64,000 nt of DNA from Candidatus Hydrothermarchaeum profundi (GCA_002011125.2 MTMF02000009.1:1-64000), one strand, 5' to 3'; counted from the first letter of the stretch, positions 51,463 through 62,218 are shown. Translations and numbers: made by a program. Notes: generated from the letters alone by a model not told the origin.

Positions 51463-52227
51463 TTGATAGCGATAGTTACCGAAGTGCCCAGGTTCTACTA
51501 TACTGCGGCTGAAGAGTTGAAGGCAAGAGGATTGGATTTCCTGAGTTTAAATTTAAAGGACCCTATTCCTAATAATGTTAAAGTAGTTCTAACTACAGAA
51601 GAAGAGAGTCCGCATATTAATTTTAAGAATGTAGTAGCATGCGGAGAACTCCGCTACGCGGTAGATGAATGTATTAGAATCTTAAACGGCATAAGAACAC
51701 AGTATAATAAGCTTATTATTGGAATTGACCCTGGATTAAAGCCAGGCATAGCGGTTCTAGGAGATAACACGGTGGTACTTGTAGATAGGCTTAAATCTCC
51801 TGAAGAGGTCCTTAACGCTGCGAAAAGGATTCTAAAAACATATTCTGGGGGAGAGAAAATCTTTCGTGTTGGAAATGGAGGGGGGATTTATAAAATGAGA
51901 ATCCTAAAATCACTACAAGAGAATTTCCCATATAAAATTGAAGTGGTCAACGAGGAAGGAACGACCCCGGTAAACGGAACGATAGAGTCGAATCATAAAG
52001 ATATTATAGCAGCTATTAACATTGCAATAAAAACTGGCGATGTTTTGAAGAAAAAAGTTGGATTAAAACCTACCCTCGGAGAGATCAGGAACCTACAAAA
52101 GGAAAGCAGGGCTCTTAGCGGTACTATAACTATCTCTAAGAAACTCGCAGAACGGGTTGCAAAAGGGGAGATCTCGCTAGAAGACGCTATTGGCACTCAG
52201 CGCCGCAGGAATGCTAACAACGGCTGA
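51463..52227 (+). CDS. Conserved archaeal protein with an RNase H-like (YqgF/RuvC-type) domain
   Basis: IIGIDPGLKPGIAV, RVGNG, VNEEGTT and DIIAAINIA. Confidence 0.65.
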   Translation: MIAIVTEVPRFYYTAAEELKARGLDFLSLNLKDPIPNNVKVVLTTEEESPHINFKNVVACGELRYAVDECIRILNGIRTQYNKLIIGIDPGLKPGIAVLGDNTVVLVDRLKSPEEVLNAAKRILKTYSGGEKIFRVGNGGGIYKMRILKSLQENFPYKIEVVNEEGTTPVNGTIESNHKDIIAAINIAIKTGDVLKKKVGLKPTLGEIRNLQKESRALSGTITISKKLAERVAKGEISLEDAIGTQRRRNANNG

Positions 52228-52358
52228 GCCCCTAGAGTTTTTTAGGGAGATGGATACGGATACCGCATACAAAAATATGGGTTAATCAGAGTTTCTAAAT
52301 GAAGCCTGCGGAGTAAAGTTAATAGTATTGCATTTTACTTATATCTTGCAAGAAAAGT

Positions 52359-55127
52359 GTGGTCTCGATGGTTTTTACTTTACTTAAACCAGAAATATGG
52401 GGAGCGTTGAGAAAACTAGGTTTTGATAAACCTACTGAAATACAAAAGGTAGCGATACCTGAAATAAAGAAAGGTAAGAATACCCTTCTAATTGCTCCCA
52501 CCGGGATAGGGAAAACAGAAGCTGCTCTACTCCCTATATTTGATGAGATAATAAGAGAGCGTCCTAAAGCAATAAGCACCTTGTATATTACTCCATTGCG
52601 GGCTTTAAACCGAGATTTGATGGATAGGTTAGAGTGGTGGAGTAATAGACTGAAGATAGATATAACGGTTAGACATGGTGACACCACTCAATATATGAGA
52701 AGAAAACAGGCGCTCTCACCGCCTGATTTACTTATTACCACCCCTGAAACACTTCAGGCTATCCTGCCGGGCAGAGTGATGAGGAAACACCTGAAAAATG
52801 TAAGACATGTCATAATAGATGAGATACATGAGCTTGCAGACAACAAGAGAGGAGCGCAACTTACACTGGCGATCGAGAGGCTACAAGAGCTTTGCAATAG
52901 GAAATTCCAGAGAATTGGCATAAGTGCCACTATTGGTTCCCCAGAGATCATCGCAAAGTTCCTGTCAAAAAATGAGCCTGTAGAGGTCCTGAAGGTTTCT
53001 CCTATCAAATTAATGGACTTGAAAGTTGAAAAACCCAAGCCAAAGAAAGGGGATAAAGAGATAGCAGCTAAAATATTTTCAAGCCTAGAGGCATCTAGCC
53101 GGCTTCGAAGGATAAGGGAGTGTATAGAGGAACATCGCTCTACCCTCATATTCGTAAATACAAGGGAGATGGCAGAGATACTTGCATCGAGATTTAGGGT
53201 TATCGATGCCCCGGTGGGGATCCATCACTCTTCTTTGTCTCAGGAAGCAAGGATTTCAGCGGAAAGGCAGTTTAAAAAAGAAGAGTTGAAGGCTCTTATA
53301 TGCACTTCTTCCCTTGAGCTTGGTATAGACATAGGCAGCATAGATCTGGTGATTCAATATAAGAGCCCGAGGCAAGTTGCACGGCTACTCCAAAGAGTCG
53401 GAAGATCTGGCCATGGACTGGGAATGAAATCTAAAGGAATCGTAATTGTGACCGACCCTGATGATATAATGGAAGCATTAGTTATATCTAGGCGAGCCTA
53501 TCGCGGACAACTTGAAGAGGTGGAGACCCATGAAAAGCCTTATGATGTTCTAGCTCATCAGCTTGTGGGACTCGCTTTAGAGTATGGGAGAGTTAAAAAA
53601 TCTAGAGCATACGAGATAGTGCGAGGGAGCTGGCTATATTCAGATTTAACGTGGGAGGAACTGGAGGAGACACTCAACCTTTTGAATTCATTAAAACTAG
53701 TTTGGCTTGAAGAAGACGCATATGGTAAGACTAGATTCTCTTGGGAATACTATTATGGGAATCTATCTACCATACCTGATGAAAAGAAATATTTTGTCAG
53801 AAATATTGTTACAAGGGAGGGGGTTGGAGCCTTAGATGAGGCCTTCGTAGTTAACTATGTGGAACCAGGGAATGTTATTATATTTAAGGGGGCACCATGG
53901 AGGATTGTTAGCGTAGATGATGAGATCTTGGTTGAGCCCGCAGAAGATATTACCGGAGCTATCCCCTCCTGGACGGGAGAAGAGATTCCAGTTCCATATG
54001 AAGTAGCCCTTGAGGTCGGAGAGCTGAGGGGTAATATTAAAAACCTTGAGAAATATCCCAGCGATGGGTATACTAAAAGACTAGCTGCTTCTAAAATAAA
54101 TAGACATATAAGAGAGTGCCTTCCCGTACCGAGCGCAGAGCGTATCATAATCGAGCTTTTCGAAAATTTTGTTGTCATGCATTTCCCCTTCGGAACGAAA
54201 GTGAATCAAACCATCGGCAGAGTTTTTTCGATTATGCTTACATCAAAGTTCGGGTCATCAGTAGCTCTACAGGTAGATCCTTACAGGATTATTCTACAGT
54301 CCCCTAAAAAGCTGTATGAAGAAGACATATTAGAGCTATTAAAGATTGACCCAGGATTTATTCGGCCGCTCCTCGACAAAACCCTCAAGAGGACGTCTGT
54401 GTTTAAATGGAGATTTGTTAATGTGGCAAAGCGCTTTGGTGCATTATCCAAGGATGTATCTTATCATAACGTGAAGGTTGACAGGATTATTGATGCATAT
54501 GAGGATTCTCTTATTTTTAAAGAAGTCTTAAAAGAGGTATACAAAGACGATCTAGACCTAAGGAGGGCTGAAAAGGTCCTAGGGGATATCAGTTCAGGAA
54601 CTCTTAGTGTTGAGATAGTGAAACTAGATAAGCCTTCACCAATAGCCGAGCTTGGGCTAAGGGCTTATAGCGAGATAATTGTCCCAAAGCGTGCAGAACA
54701 GATGATTTTGAAGGCCTTGAAGAATAGAATCATGGAGAAAAGGGTAGAGGTTTTTTGTCTATACTGTGCTAATTGGTCCTCGTCTTTTAAAGTTAAGAAT
54801 ATTCCAGAAGACCTAAAATGTGAAAACTGTGGAGCCAGAATGTTGGCAGTACTTAAGGGTAGGAATAGAGAACTTAAAAGTCTCTATCGGAGCTATAAAA
54901 GCGGTAAATCCACTAGCAAAGATGACAAAAAAGAGATAACAGCTATGCAAACTTCGGCTAATTTGTTTTTATCTTACGGCAAAAAAGCCATAATAGCGCA
55001 GGCGGCAAGAGGGATAGGCCCTACAGTAGCGAAGAGGGTTCTACTTGCAAGAGATGAAGAAGAGCTCTATAAGAATATTTTAAAGGCTGAGAGGAACTAC
55101 GCAAAGACAAAAAAATTCTGGGACTAA
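52359..55127 (+). CDS. lhr: Lhr-family SF2 helicase
   Basis: APTGIGKT, PLRALNRD, DEIH, SAT, SSLELGID, QRVGRSGH and a C-terminal Zn ribbon. Confidence 0.93.
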   Translation: MVSMVFTLLKPEIWGALRKLGFDKPTEIQKVAIPEIKKGKNTLLIAPTGIGKTEAALLPIFDEIIRERPKAISTLYITPLRALNRDLMDRLEWWSNRLKIDITVRHGDTTQYMRRKQALSPPDLLITTPETLQAILPGRVMRKHLKNVRHVIIDEIHELADNKRGAQLTLAIERLQELCNRKFQRIGISATIGSPEIIAKFLSKNEPVEVLKVSPIKLMDLKVEKPKPKKGDKEIAAKIFSSLEASSRLRRIRECIEEHRSTLIFVNTREMAEILASRFRVIDAPVGIHHSSLSQEARISAERQFKKEELKALICTSSLELGIDIGSIDLVIQYKSPRQVARLLQRVGRSGHGLGMKSKGIVIVTDPDDIMEALVISRRAYRGQLEEVETHEKPYDVLAHQLVGLALEYGRVKKSRAYEIVRGSWLYSDLTWEELEETLNLLNSLKLVWLEEDAYGKTRFSWEYYYGNLSTIPDEKKYFVRNIVTREGVGALDEAFVVNYVEPGNVIIFKGAPWRIVSVDDEILVEPAEDITGAIPSWTGEEIPVPYEVALEVGELRGNIKNLEKYPSDGYTKRLAASKINRHIRECLPVPSAERIIIELFENFVVMHFPFGTKVNQTIGRVFSIMLTSKFGSSVALQVDPYRIILQSPKKLYEEDILELLKIDPGFIRPLLDKTLKRTSVFKWRFVNVAKRFGALSKDVSYHNVKVDRIIDAYEDSLIFKEVLKEVYKDDLDLRRAEKVLGDISSGTLSVEIVKLDKPSPIAELGLRAYSEIIVPKRAEQMILKALKNRIMEKRVEVFCLYCANWSSSFKVKNIPEDLKCENCGARMLAVLKGRNRELKSLYRSYKSGKSTSKDDKKEITAMQTSANLFLSYGKKAIIAQAARGIGPTVAKRVLLARDEEELYKNILKAERNYAKTKKFWD

Positions 55128-55374
55128 TATCCTATGGAGAGAGGTTAGAGGAGGCGGTGACAGAAAAGAAGATCAGCCTCCTCAGATGTGAAGGGCTATT
55201 CTTTACTATTGGTTCAAGTTTTTTATAAATATAACTATGTATAAAAATAAACAGAATTGTAAAGATAAAAGTCTCGAATCGAAATCTTATTGAATTTTCT
55301 AAATCTGTTTTAGGAAGATAAAGAAGAAGTATTATTAATGTTCTCCTGCGGGAAAATCAACTATCCCATGTAAT

Positions 55375-55878
55375 ATGAACCTGCCATTAAAATATATACC
55401 ATGGAAAAGGGTGAGGGATTGGAGCTGTAAGGCCTGCGGGGCATGTTGTAAGAAGTTTGAAGTGCCGCTGAGAGCTAGAGAATTCGTGGATTTAACAAAG
55501 CTATTCGGTGAGGGCATAGTGGAAATCAGGCTTGGAAAGCCTTATCTCAAAAAAATAAGAGGCATCTGTGTTTTCCAGCAGGGACGCCTGTGTACTCTAC
55601 ATCCCCGGGGTATAAAGCCCCGTGCCTGTAAGATATATCCTTTCACAGTTAGAGATAAAGGGTGGGAATCGGCTAAGTTTACTTACAGGGGTGGAGAATA
55701 TTACGTCTATGTTAACCCAGAGTGTAGGGGAGTTATACTAGGAACTCCTACTAAGAATCTAGTAGAGAGGATTATACCGGAGGTAATAGAACTGTCATTG
55801 ACCCTCGAAAAATATAATAAACCTTCACAGCTAGCTAGAACTTACATCTACCCTCCACAGCCTATATTTATTATATAA
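55375..55878 (+). CDS. YkgJ / CxxCxxCC cysteine-cluster protein
   Basis: CKACGACC, CVF, CTLH, KPRACKIYPF and CRG. Confidence 0.85.
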   Translation: MNLPLKYIPWKRVRDWSCKACGACCKKFEVPLRAREFVDLTKLFGEGIVEIRLGKPYLKKIRGICVFQQGRLCTLHPRGIKPRACKIYPFTVRDKGWESAKFTYRGGEYYVYVNPECRGVILGTPTKNLVERIIPEVIELSLTLEKYNKPSQLARTYIYPPQPIFII

Positions 55879-55941
55879 TTAGGGAGCACCTCTCTCTTCA
55901 GGACTCTATTTATTACTGAAAAAGTAAAATAAAATCAAAAA

Positions 55942-56907
55942 ATGAAACCGCTGAAAGCTACGCAGGAAGCCGTAAAGCAAGCGGCGAAAGTAATAAGAGA
56001 AGGCGGGCTAGTGGCATTTCCAACTGAGACAGTATATGGTCTTGGTGCAGATGCCTTAAACGCCATCGCCGTAGCTCGTATATTTGAGGTAAAAAATCGC
56101 CCTCATTTCGATCCTCTTATAGTGCATATAGCCGATTTTTCATCCTTAGAAAAAATTTGTTCTAGCTTAGATGAGAGAGCGAGAAAACTGATGGAGACCT
56201 TCTGGCCAGGTCCACTTACTCTTGTTCTGCCTAAAACTCGGATTGTCCCAGATATAGTTACGGCTGGATTGCCCACAGTAGCTATACGGATGCCTTCTCA
56301 TCCTGTTGCACTAGACCTTATTAAGGAGGCAGAAACACCCATCGCTGCACCTAGCGCGAACCCTTTTGGCTATCTCAGCCCTACTTCTGCGGATCATGTA
56401 AAAGAGCAGCTCGGAGATAAAGTTGATGTTATACTGGATGGCGGCAAATGCCAAATTGGAGTGGAGTCAACTATAATTGATCTCGCAGGAGAAGAGCCTA
56501 CGATCCTTAGATTAGGAGGACTCCCTCTTGAGGAGATAGAGAAAACCATAGGTAGGGTAAGGGTAAGTACTAGCAACTCTCGGCCTCGTTCACCCGGACA
56601 GTTACCCTGCCATTATTCCCCTAGGACGCCTATAAAGATTTTAGATAAGAAAAATCTTAGAGTAAATGGGAAAAGGAAGGGGCTCCTAGCCTTTAAAACT
56701 CTGCCAAAAGATCACTCTTTCGAAGTCGTAGAAGTACTTTCCCCGAAAGGGGACTTAAGGGAGGCCGCAGCCAACCTATTTTCATGCTTACACAGACTAG
56801 ATAAAGCTAAGCTAGATGTCATCTATGCTGAACCTGTGCCTGAGGTGGGTCTTGGGAGGGCAATTATGGATAGGCTACGGCGGGCTTCTATGCGAGATAG
56901 TAGTTGA
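55942..56907 (+). CDS. sua5: Threonylcarbamoyl-AMP synthase Sua5
   Basis: FPTETVYGLG, PLIVH, FWPGPLT, APSAN, GVEST, PGQLPCHYSP and AIMDRL. Confidence 0.96.
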   Translation: MKPLKATQEAVKQAAKVIREGGLVAFPTETVYGLGADALNAIAVARIFEVKNRPHFDPLIVHIADFSSLEKICSSLDERARKLMETFWPGPLTLVLPKTRIVPDIVTAGLPTVAIRMPSHPVALDLIKEAETPIAAPSANPFGYLSPTSADHVKEQLGDKVDVILDGGKCQIGVESTIIDLAGEEPTILRLGGLPLEEIEKTIGRVRVSTSNSRPRSPGQLPCHYSPRTPIKILDKKNLRVNGKRKGLLAFKTLPKDHSFEVVEVLSPKGDLREAAANLFSCLHRLDKAKLDVIYAEPVPEVGLGRAIMDRLRRASMRDSS

Positions 56908-56916
56908 GTGACATTT

Positions 56917-57846
56917 TCATACAAAAAGAACAGCCAAGAATGCTAAATAGCTTAGTAAGAGGAATAGGCCTTCTCTCCTTGATATACAGTTATCGGTCTT
57001 CATGAAGACGAGCATAATTGCAGTTATTATAATCATTATGGGAGTGCTTACATAAGCTGTTTTGTCGTCGACTAGAATAGGATTCACAACTACTGCTGCT
57101 CCTAAGATTAATATGATGTTGAATACATTGCTTCCCAGTATATTCCCGGCTATCATGCTAAGATAGCCTTTTTTTGCTGCCGCGATTGATACTGCAAGCT
57201 CCGGGACACTTGTGCCGAAAGCAACTATTGTAGCTCCTATAACTGACTCAGAAACGCCGATAGCCCTCGCTATAGCAACAGCAGAATCAACCAGCAGTAT
57301 GCTTCCAGTTAAGACGCCTACGAGCCCAACTAGTAAGTGAAATAATGCTTGGTTTAACTTCTCAGATGAATCTGGAGATAGAGTGGAGTCTGCAGGTCTT
57401 TTTACTGTATGCAGAACATAAAAGACAAAAATAGTGAGCAGTAGTAATCCTTCCGGTCGAGAAAGCATTCTTCCACTCAAAATTAGGATGCTTGATAATA
57501 GGGTGAGAATAAAGCAGAGGATACCGTTTTTAAATTCTATTTGCCTCCTTATTACTACGGGTCTAATAAACGCTGCTAGACCCAGAATGAGGGCGATATT
57601 AGCAATGTTTGATCCAATCACATTTCCTACTGCTACCCCTCCTACTCCAGATATAGAAGCATAGATAGATGAAAAAAACTCGGGAGATGAGGTTCCAAAG
57701 CCGACTATAACGGCTCCTATTACAAACTTCGAGACACCGAATCTTCGAGCAATCTTAGCCGCGCCTTCAGTGAAATAGTCGCTGGTGTATACGAGCATAA
57801 TCACAGAGAATGCCAAGATAATCAAGTCTACTATTACCAAGCGCAA
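56917..57846 (-). CDS. Ca2+/Na+ antiporter (YrbG / CaCA family)
   Basis: Two alpha repeats: GTSSPE...GNVIGSN and GTSVPE...GNILGSN. Confidence 0.92.
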   Translation of the reverse strand: MRLVIVDLIILAFSVIMLVYTSDYFTEGAAKIARRFGVSKFVIGAVIVGFGTSSPEFFSSIYASISGVGGVAVGNVIGSNIANIALILGLAAFIRPVVIRRQIEFKNGILCFILTLLSSILILSGRMLSRPEGLLLLTIFVFYVLHTVKRPADSTLSPDSSEKLNQALFHLLVGLVGVLTGSILLVDSAVAIARAIGVSESVIGATIVAFGTSVPELAVSIAAAKKGYLSMIAGNILGSNVFNIILILGAAVVVNPILVDDKTAYVSTPIMIIITAIMLVFMKTDNCISRREGLFLLLSYLAFLAVLFV

Positions 57847-58154
57847 TCACCTTTTTTCATCTATGTGTAAGTTGCTTATAATACATATTAGTGCCTAATT
57901 ATCTCATTAAAACTAGCGAATTATGAAAAACTATTCTCGAATTCTAAACAACTCAACAACTGGCAAACCTAAATTAAAATAATATCATTACTCATACCTT
58001 GAAGTAAAATATTGCCTATGGTTCTTCTTCTATTTTCTTAAGAAAAAACTGAGGAATCACATCGGGTAAATTTTTCCCTCTTCTATTTGTCCGTATTAAG
58101 TTAAAATCTAAAAAAGTTTTTATGCTTTTATGTCCTTTTTTATCTGAGAGGGAG

Positions 58155-58742
58155 ATGCCGCCTCCTGCTATTAAATCTGTGAGGGACCTGATTTATTGGC
58201 AGTATGCTAAAATTATTGCAGACTCTGCTGGAATGGGAAAGAGAAACTGGAGATTTATAATGAGTAGGTTCAAGAAACTCCAGCAGGAAGAGATTTTTTG
58301 GAATGAGATACGAGAGTATATCAGGGAACGGGAGAAAAATGACGAATGCATTTTCTGCGGTGTGAAGACTTCTCTAACTACTGATCATCTATTTCCACGT
58401 TCTATTGGCGGACCTGATACTGAGAAGAATATTATTTGGATATGCAAGAAATGCAATTCTTCGAAAGGTCGGAGGAGATTATATGAGCTTTGGACCCTTA
58501 AGAAAGGGTTAAAAGGGGCAAAATATGAAGTTCCAAGAATTGCTGAGGGAAAATATTTGAAGCTACTTTATGATGTCTTTGAAGAGAAGGGCATACTCGA
58601 TATCAAGGCAGATGAATTACCACAGAAGATGTGCCCAAGGTGTGATATTAAGCCCCTCTGTATAAAAGAAGATTCTGTTGAAAAGCTCTCACCTCTCTGC
58701 CTAGATGGAATTGCTACGGTGTGTTTTCAAAGTAATTTCTAG
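58155..58742 (+). CDS. HNH endonuclease
   Basis: CIFCG...DHLFPRSIGG...N...CKKCNSSKG. Start moved to ATG 58155, which follows GAGGGAG. Confidence 0.85.
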   Translation: MPPPAIKSVRDLIYWQYAKIIADSAGMGKRNWRFIMSRFKKLQQEEIFWNEIREYIREREKNDECIFCGVKTSLTTDHLFPRSIGGPDTEKNIIWICKKCNSSKGRRRLYELWTLKKGLKGAKYEVPRIAEGKYLKLLYDVFEEKGILDIKADELPQKMCPRCDIKPLCIKEDSVEKLSPLCLDGIATVCFQSNF

Positions 58743-58826
58743 AATTTTGGCTGCAGAAAAGTTTAGGGGAACATATTATCTTCTCTTAATAATCTTTTTA
58801 TATATTAAAATGAATAAATTTAATAC

Positions 58827-59126
58827 ATGCCTGTAACTATAACAACCCGGGTTGACGATTGGATTGCTAAGTTGATAGACGAGATAGCAAGGAGAGAAGG
58901 TATGGATAGGTCTACTGTTATGAGGAGATTCTTGCTAAAAGGGATCAGGGAATGGAGAATAGAGAGAGCTCTTAAAGAATATGAAGAAGGCAAGATAACT
59001 CTATGGCAGGCGGCTGAGAAGTGTAATTTACCCTTATGGGAGATGATAGACGAAGTTAAAAAGCGGATTATCCATGTTCCTTACACCTTGGAAGATTTGA
59101 AAGAAGATATAGAAGGCATTTCATGA
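58827..59126 (+). CDS. UPF0175-family antitoxin (RHH + HTH)
   Basis: ITTRVD...DRSTVMRR and YEEGKITLWQAAE. Confidence 0.85.
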   Translation: MPVTITTRVDDWIAKLIDEIARREGMDRSTVMRRFLLKGIREWRIERALKEYEEGKITLWQAAEKCNLPLWEMIDEVKKRIIHVPYTLEDLKEDIEGIS

Positions 59127-59617
59127 TAGTTTCTAATGCCACGTCCCTCATCTATCTCGCTCGTGTAAATAAGCTAGACCTTCTTGAGCAGGTTTTTGGA
59201 GGAGTTGTAATACCTGAAGAAGTCAAGATGGAGGTAGTGGACAGAGGGAAAGAAAGGGAAAAACAGGATGCTTACCTAGTAGAGAAGGCCATAAAGGATG
59301 GATGGATAAAAGTCTCTAATGCGAGGCAGATAGAAATTCCTATACCGCTTGGGAAAGGGGAAGAAGCTGCAATAAGCCTAGCTAAAAATCTTGGTATAGG
59401 CGGGATACTAATAGACGAATCTCGAGGGAGAACAGTTGCGGGTATTATGGGATTAAAAGCTAAAGGTACTATCTTTGTTCTTTTAAAAGCTGTAGAGAGG
59501 GGACTCATGGATTTTGATGATTTTCTGAAAACTCTTGAGATCCTCATAAAAGAGGGATTCCGACTTAGGGAGGAGGTTTATGTTAGCATATGGGAAACTA
59601 GTTACCCAAAAAATTAA
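59123..59617 (+). CDS. PIN-domain (DUF3368) toxin
   Basis: IVSNATSLI, IPEEV..E, LGKGEEAAI, IDE and GT; ATGA overlap with the antitoxin. Confidence 0.85.
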   Translation: MIVSNATSLIYLARVNKLDLLEQVFGGVVIPEEVKMEVVDRGKEREKQDAYLVEKAIKDGWIKVSNARQIEIPIPLGKGEEAAISLAKNLGIGGILIDESRGRTVAGIMGLKAKGTIFVLLKAVERGLMDFDDFLKTLEILIKEGFRLREEVYVSIWETSYPKN

Positions 59618-59645
59618 ATAATATGGGAAGTAATTTTTACAAATA

Positions 59646-60908
59646 GTGAAGGATATGGTAAATCTAACTAAACATAACTTCCATTGGCGAGAGGGCTTTT
59701 ATTATGGGTTTAAAAAGAAGAGGGATCTCTACTATAAGCTCTTGAAATATATTGATACAAAGCAGGTTCTAGGAATAGTTGGACTTAGAAGAACTGGAAA
59801 GACTGTTCTCCTAAAGCAGGTTATAGACTATCTAATAGAGAAAGGAGTGGAAAGGAATAAGATAGTATATTTTTCTTTTGATGAAGAACAACCTAGAATA
59901 GAGGAAATCTTAGAAGATTACCAATCAAGACAGGGAAAAGATCTGCTTGAACTTGGAGAAACCTATCTCTTCCTAGATGAAATTCAAAAACTCCAGAACT
60001 GGCAGAATCAAGTAAAATACTATTATGATGCCTATCCTAATGTGAAATTTTTTGTCTCCGGATCATCTTCTATCTTCCTAAGAAAAAAAGCAGAAGAATC
60101 TCTTGCTGGGAGGATTTTTCTCTTTTATCTTCCTGTTATGTCTTTTAAAGAATACCTCAGTTTTAAAGGGATGAATGAGATGATCCAGCGGCCAAGCGTC
60201 TTCGAGGAAAGGCTGCGGGCAGAAGTCTTAACGTATATGAAGAGGCAACTACCGGAGATAGTTAACGCTGATGATGACTTCATCCAACTTTACACCAACT
60301 CTATAATCTCTAAGATAATCTATGAGGATCTCCCAAAGGTTTTCCCTATAGAATACCGGGATGCCCTCAAGAGGATTTTAATGATAGTAGCGAACAACCC
60401 AGGGATAGTTACGGACTATGAAACTCTTTCAGGAGAACTCGGCTTAAGCAGGAAAACTCTTTCAAATTACGTTTCATACCTAGAAAATGCTTTTCTCATC
60501 CAGAAGTCCTACAATTTTTCTAGAAATCTTCTGACTAGCGAGAAGAAGCAAAAAAAGCTATATTTTAGTAATACCACCTTCTTGTTTTCTCTAGCTGAGA
60601 CCTTAGAAATGGGAAGGGCGGTAGAGAACCTCGTGGTAAACTTAGGTCCGGCTAAGTTTTTCTGGAGGAGTGGAAGACACGAAGTAGATGCGGTTTTGGT
60701 AGAGAATAGACGGATTACACCTGTAGAATCAAAATACCGAGGTGTAATATCTCGCAAAGATATCAGGGGGCTCTTAAAATTTATGGAGAAATATGACATA
60801 GAAGAGGGGTATATTGTTACAGAAAACACAGAGAAAATGGAACAAATAGGGAGAAAAAAAATAATTTATGTTCCACTCTGGAAGTGGCTTATCTACAAAA
60901 ATGTATGA
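59646..60908 (+). CDS. COG1373 AAA+ ATPase with DUF4143 / PD-(D/E)xK C-terminus
   Basis: GLRRTGKT, FLDEIQ, SGSS, ESLAGR, KKLYF, EN and EVD...VESK. Confidence 0.9.
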   Translation: MKDMVNLTKHNFHWREGFYYGFKKKRDLYYKLLKYIDTKQVLGIVGLRRTGKTVLLKQVIDYLIEKGVERNKIVYFSFDEEQPRIEEILEDYQSRQGKDLLELGETYLFLDEIQKLQNWQNQVKYYYDAYPNVKFFVSGSSSIFLRKKAEESLAGRIFLFYLPVMSFKEYLSFKGMNEMIQRPSVFEERLRAEVLTYMKRQLPEIVNADDDFIQLYTNSIISKIIYEDLPKVFPIEYRDALKRILMIVANNPGIVTDYETLSGELGLSRKTLSNYVSYLENAFLIQKSYNFSRNLLTSEKKQKKLYFSNTTFLFSLAETLEMGRAVENLVVNLGPAKFFWRSGRHEVDAVLVENRRITPVESKYRGVISRKDIRGLLKFMEKYDIEEGYIVTENTEKMEQIGRKKIIYVPLWKWLIYKNV

Positions 60909-60971
60909 ATACAAATTGAATACATAAGAGTCAAAGATGAAAAATAATATTTAGAGGCCAATACTGCACCA

Positions 60972-61985
60972 TTATCTAAGTCTAAGAGTAGCGTAATGTA
61001 TCCCCATAGTGTGCTGTCCATAGTACATAAACCATGTGTTGTTTATCTTAACCAGAGTTGGATCACTAGGTGGATTTTGAGGGAATGAAGCTCCCTTAGG
61101 GCTAGTAGTGTAATCGAACTTAACCTCTTTGCTGAACTCATTGCCATCAAAAATAGTATGATAGATTCCCTTATAGGACCAGAAGTATAAGCGTACTGAG
61201 CCATCGTCCCATATTACAAGCTCAGGACCATCTAGAAAACCCTTAAATTCCCTGTTCCTGCTATCAAGAGCTATCCCCCTGTGAACAAAATTGAGGCCGT
61301 CCTTAGAGGTTGCCCAGAAGAAGAGCTGTGTATTCTCATTAGGAACATCAGCTGAATATCTCTGATTTATCGTGCCTCTATAAACCATTAGGTATTCATC
61401 ATCAATCCTTACCACAGTTGGTGACGCTACATTATCCAACTTCAGACCAGCATCGTTGATTGTATCAACTCTAATACCTGGTTCCTCATTCCACGTTATA
61501 CCATCCCGAGATATAGCACTCCTTATAACACCCCTATTCTGGTAGTACATCCTATACCCTGTTGGTACTGCAATAACAGAAGGGAAAGTAGCCCACTTCA
61601 TCCGTACCCCTTCTTCCTGAACCCAATTTACCCCATCATCTGATATCGCAGAGTAAACCTGGCCCTCAAAACCAGAAACCTCCGGCTCAGGACTATAATA
61701 CATCCGATATTTCCCTTCCTCCAGCCTGATAACCTCTGCGTCTGCATACCTCCCAGAGATAGCAACGCCACCATATTCCCATGCAATAGTCTTCTCAGGT
61801 TTAATCTCTTCCCTTGGCTTCTCTAAAGGTGGGATTACTTGCTCTTCAACTACTTGCGTAGTGGGAGGAGGAACTGAAAGCTCTTCTTTTTGTTCAACTG
61901 TTTCCCTGCCTAAACATCCAGATAAAAAGATTCCACCAAGAATTACTAATATTAATGCCAAGTAAAACCAGCGCCCCGCTCTCAT
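60972..61985 (-). CDS. Lipoprotein with a beta-propeller (five-bladed glycoside-hydrolase-like) domain
   Basis: Lipobox LSGC; repeated YRMYY...SAISxDGxxW blades. Start moved to ATG 61985. Confidence 0.75.
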   Translation of the reverse strand: MRAGRWFYLALILVILGGIFLSGCLGRETVEQKEELSVPPPTTQVVEEQVIPPLEKPREEIKPEKTIAWEYGGVAISGRYADAEVIRLEEGKYRMYYSPEPEVSGFEGQVYSAISDDGVNWVQEEGVRMKWATFPSVIAVPTGYRMYYQNRGVIRSAISRDGITWNEEPGIRVDTINDAGLKLDNVASPTVVRIDDEYLMVYRGTINQRYSADVPNENTQLFFWATSKDGLNFVHRGIALDSRNREFKGFLDGPELVIWDDGSVRLYFWSYKGIYHTIFDGNEFSKEVKFDYTTSPKGASFPQNPPSDPTLVKINNTWFMYYGQHTMGIHYATLRLR

Positions 61986-62218
61986 ATAATGAGTTTTATG
62001 TGATTCTACATTAAAAGGTTTACAGATTATTATAATTTTTATGTTCCCCACTATGAGCCTATTATAGTAAGGCTACAAACCCGTGAAAAGAATTTAATAA
62101 GATTATAAGTGGAGCTAATCAAATACGTCTTTCTCTGACGAGCATTAAAAACTCTAAAACCCTTTTAGCAGGTAGTGACTAAATCTATGGAGATATTAAG
62201 GGGCTAATTTGCCGCTAT

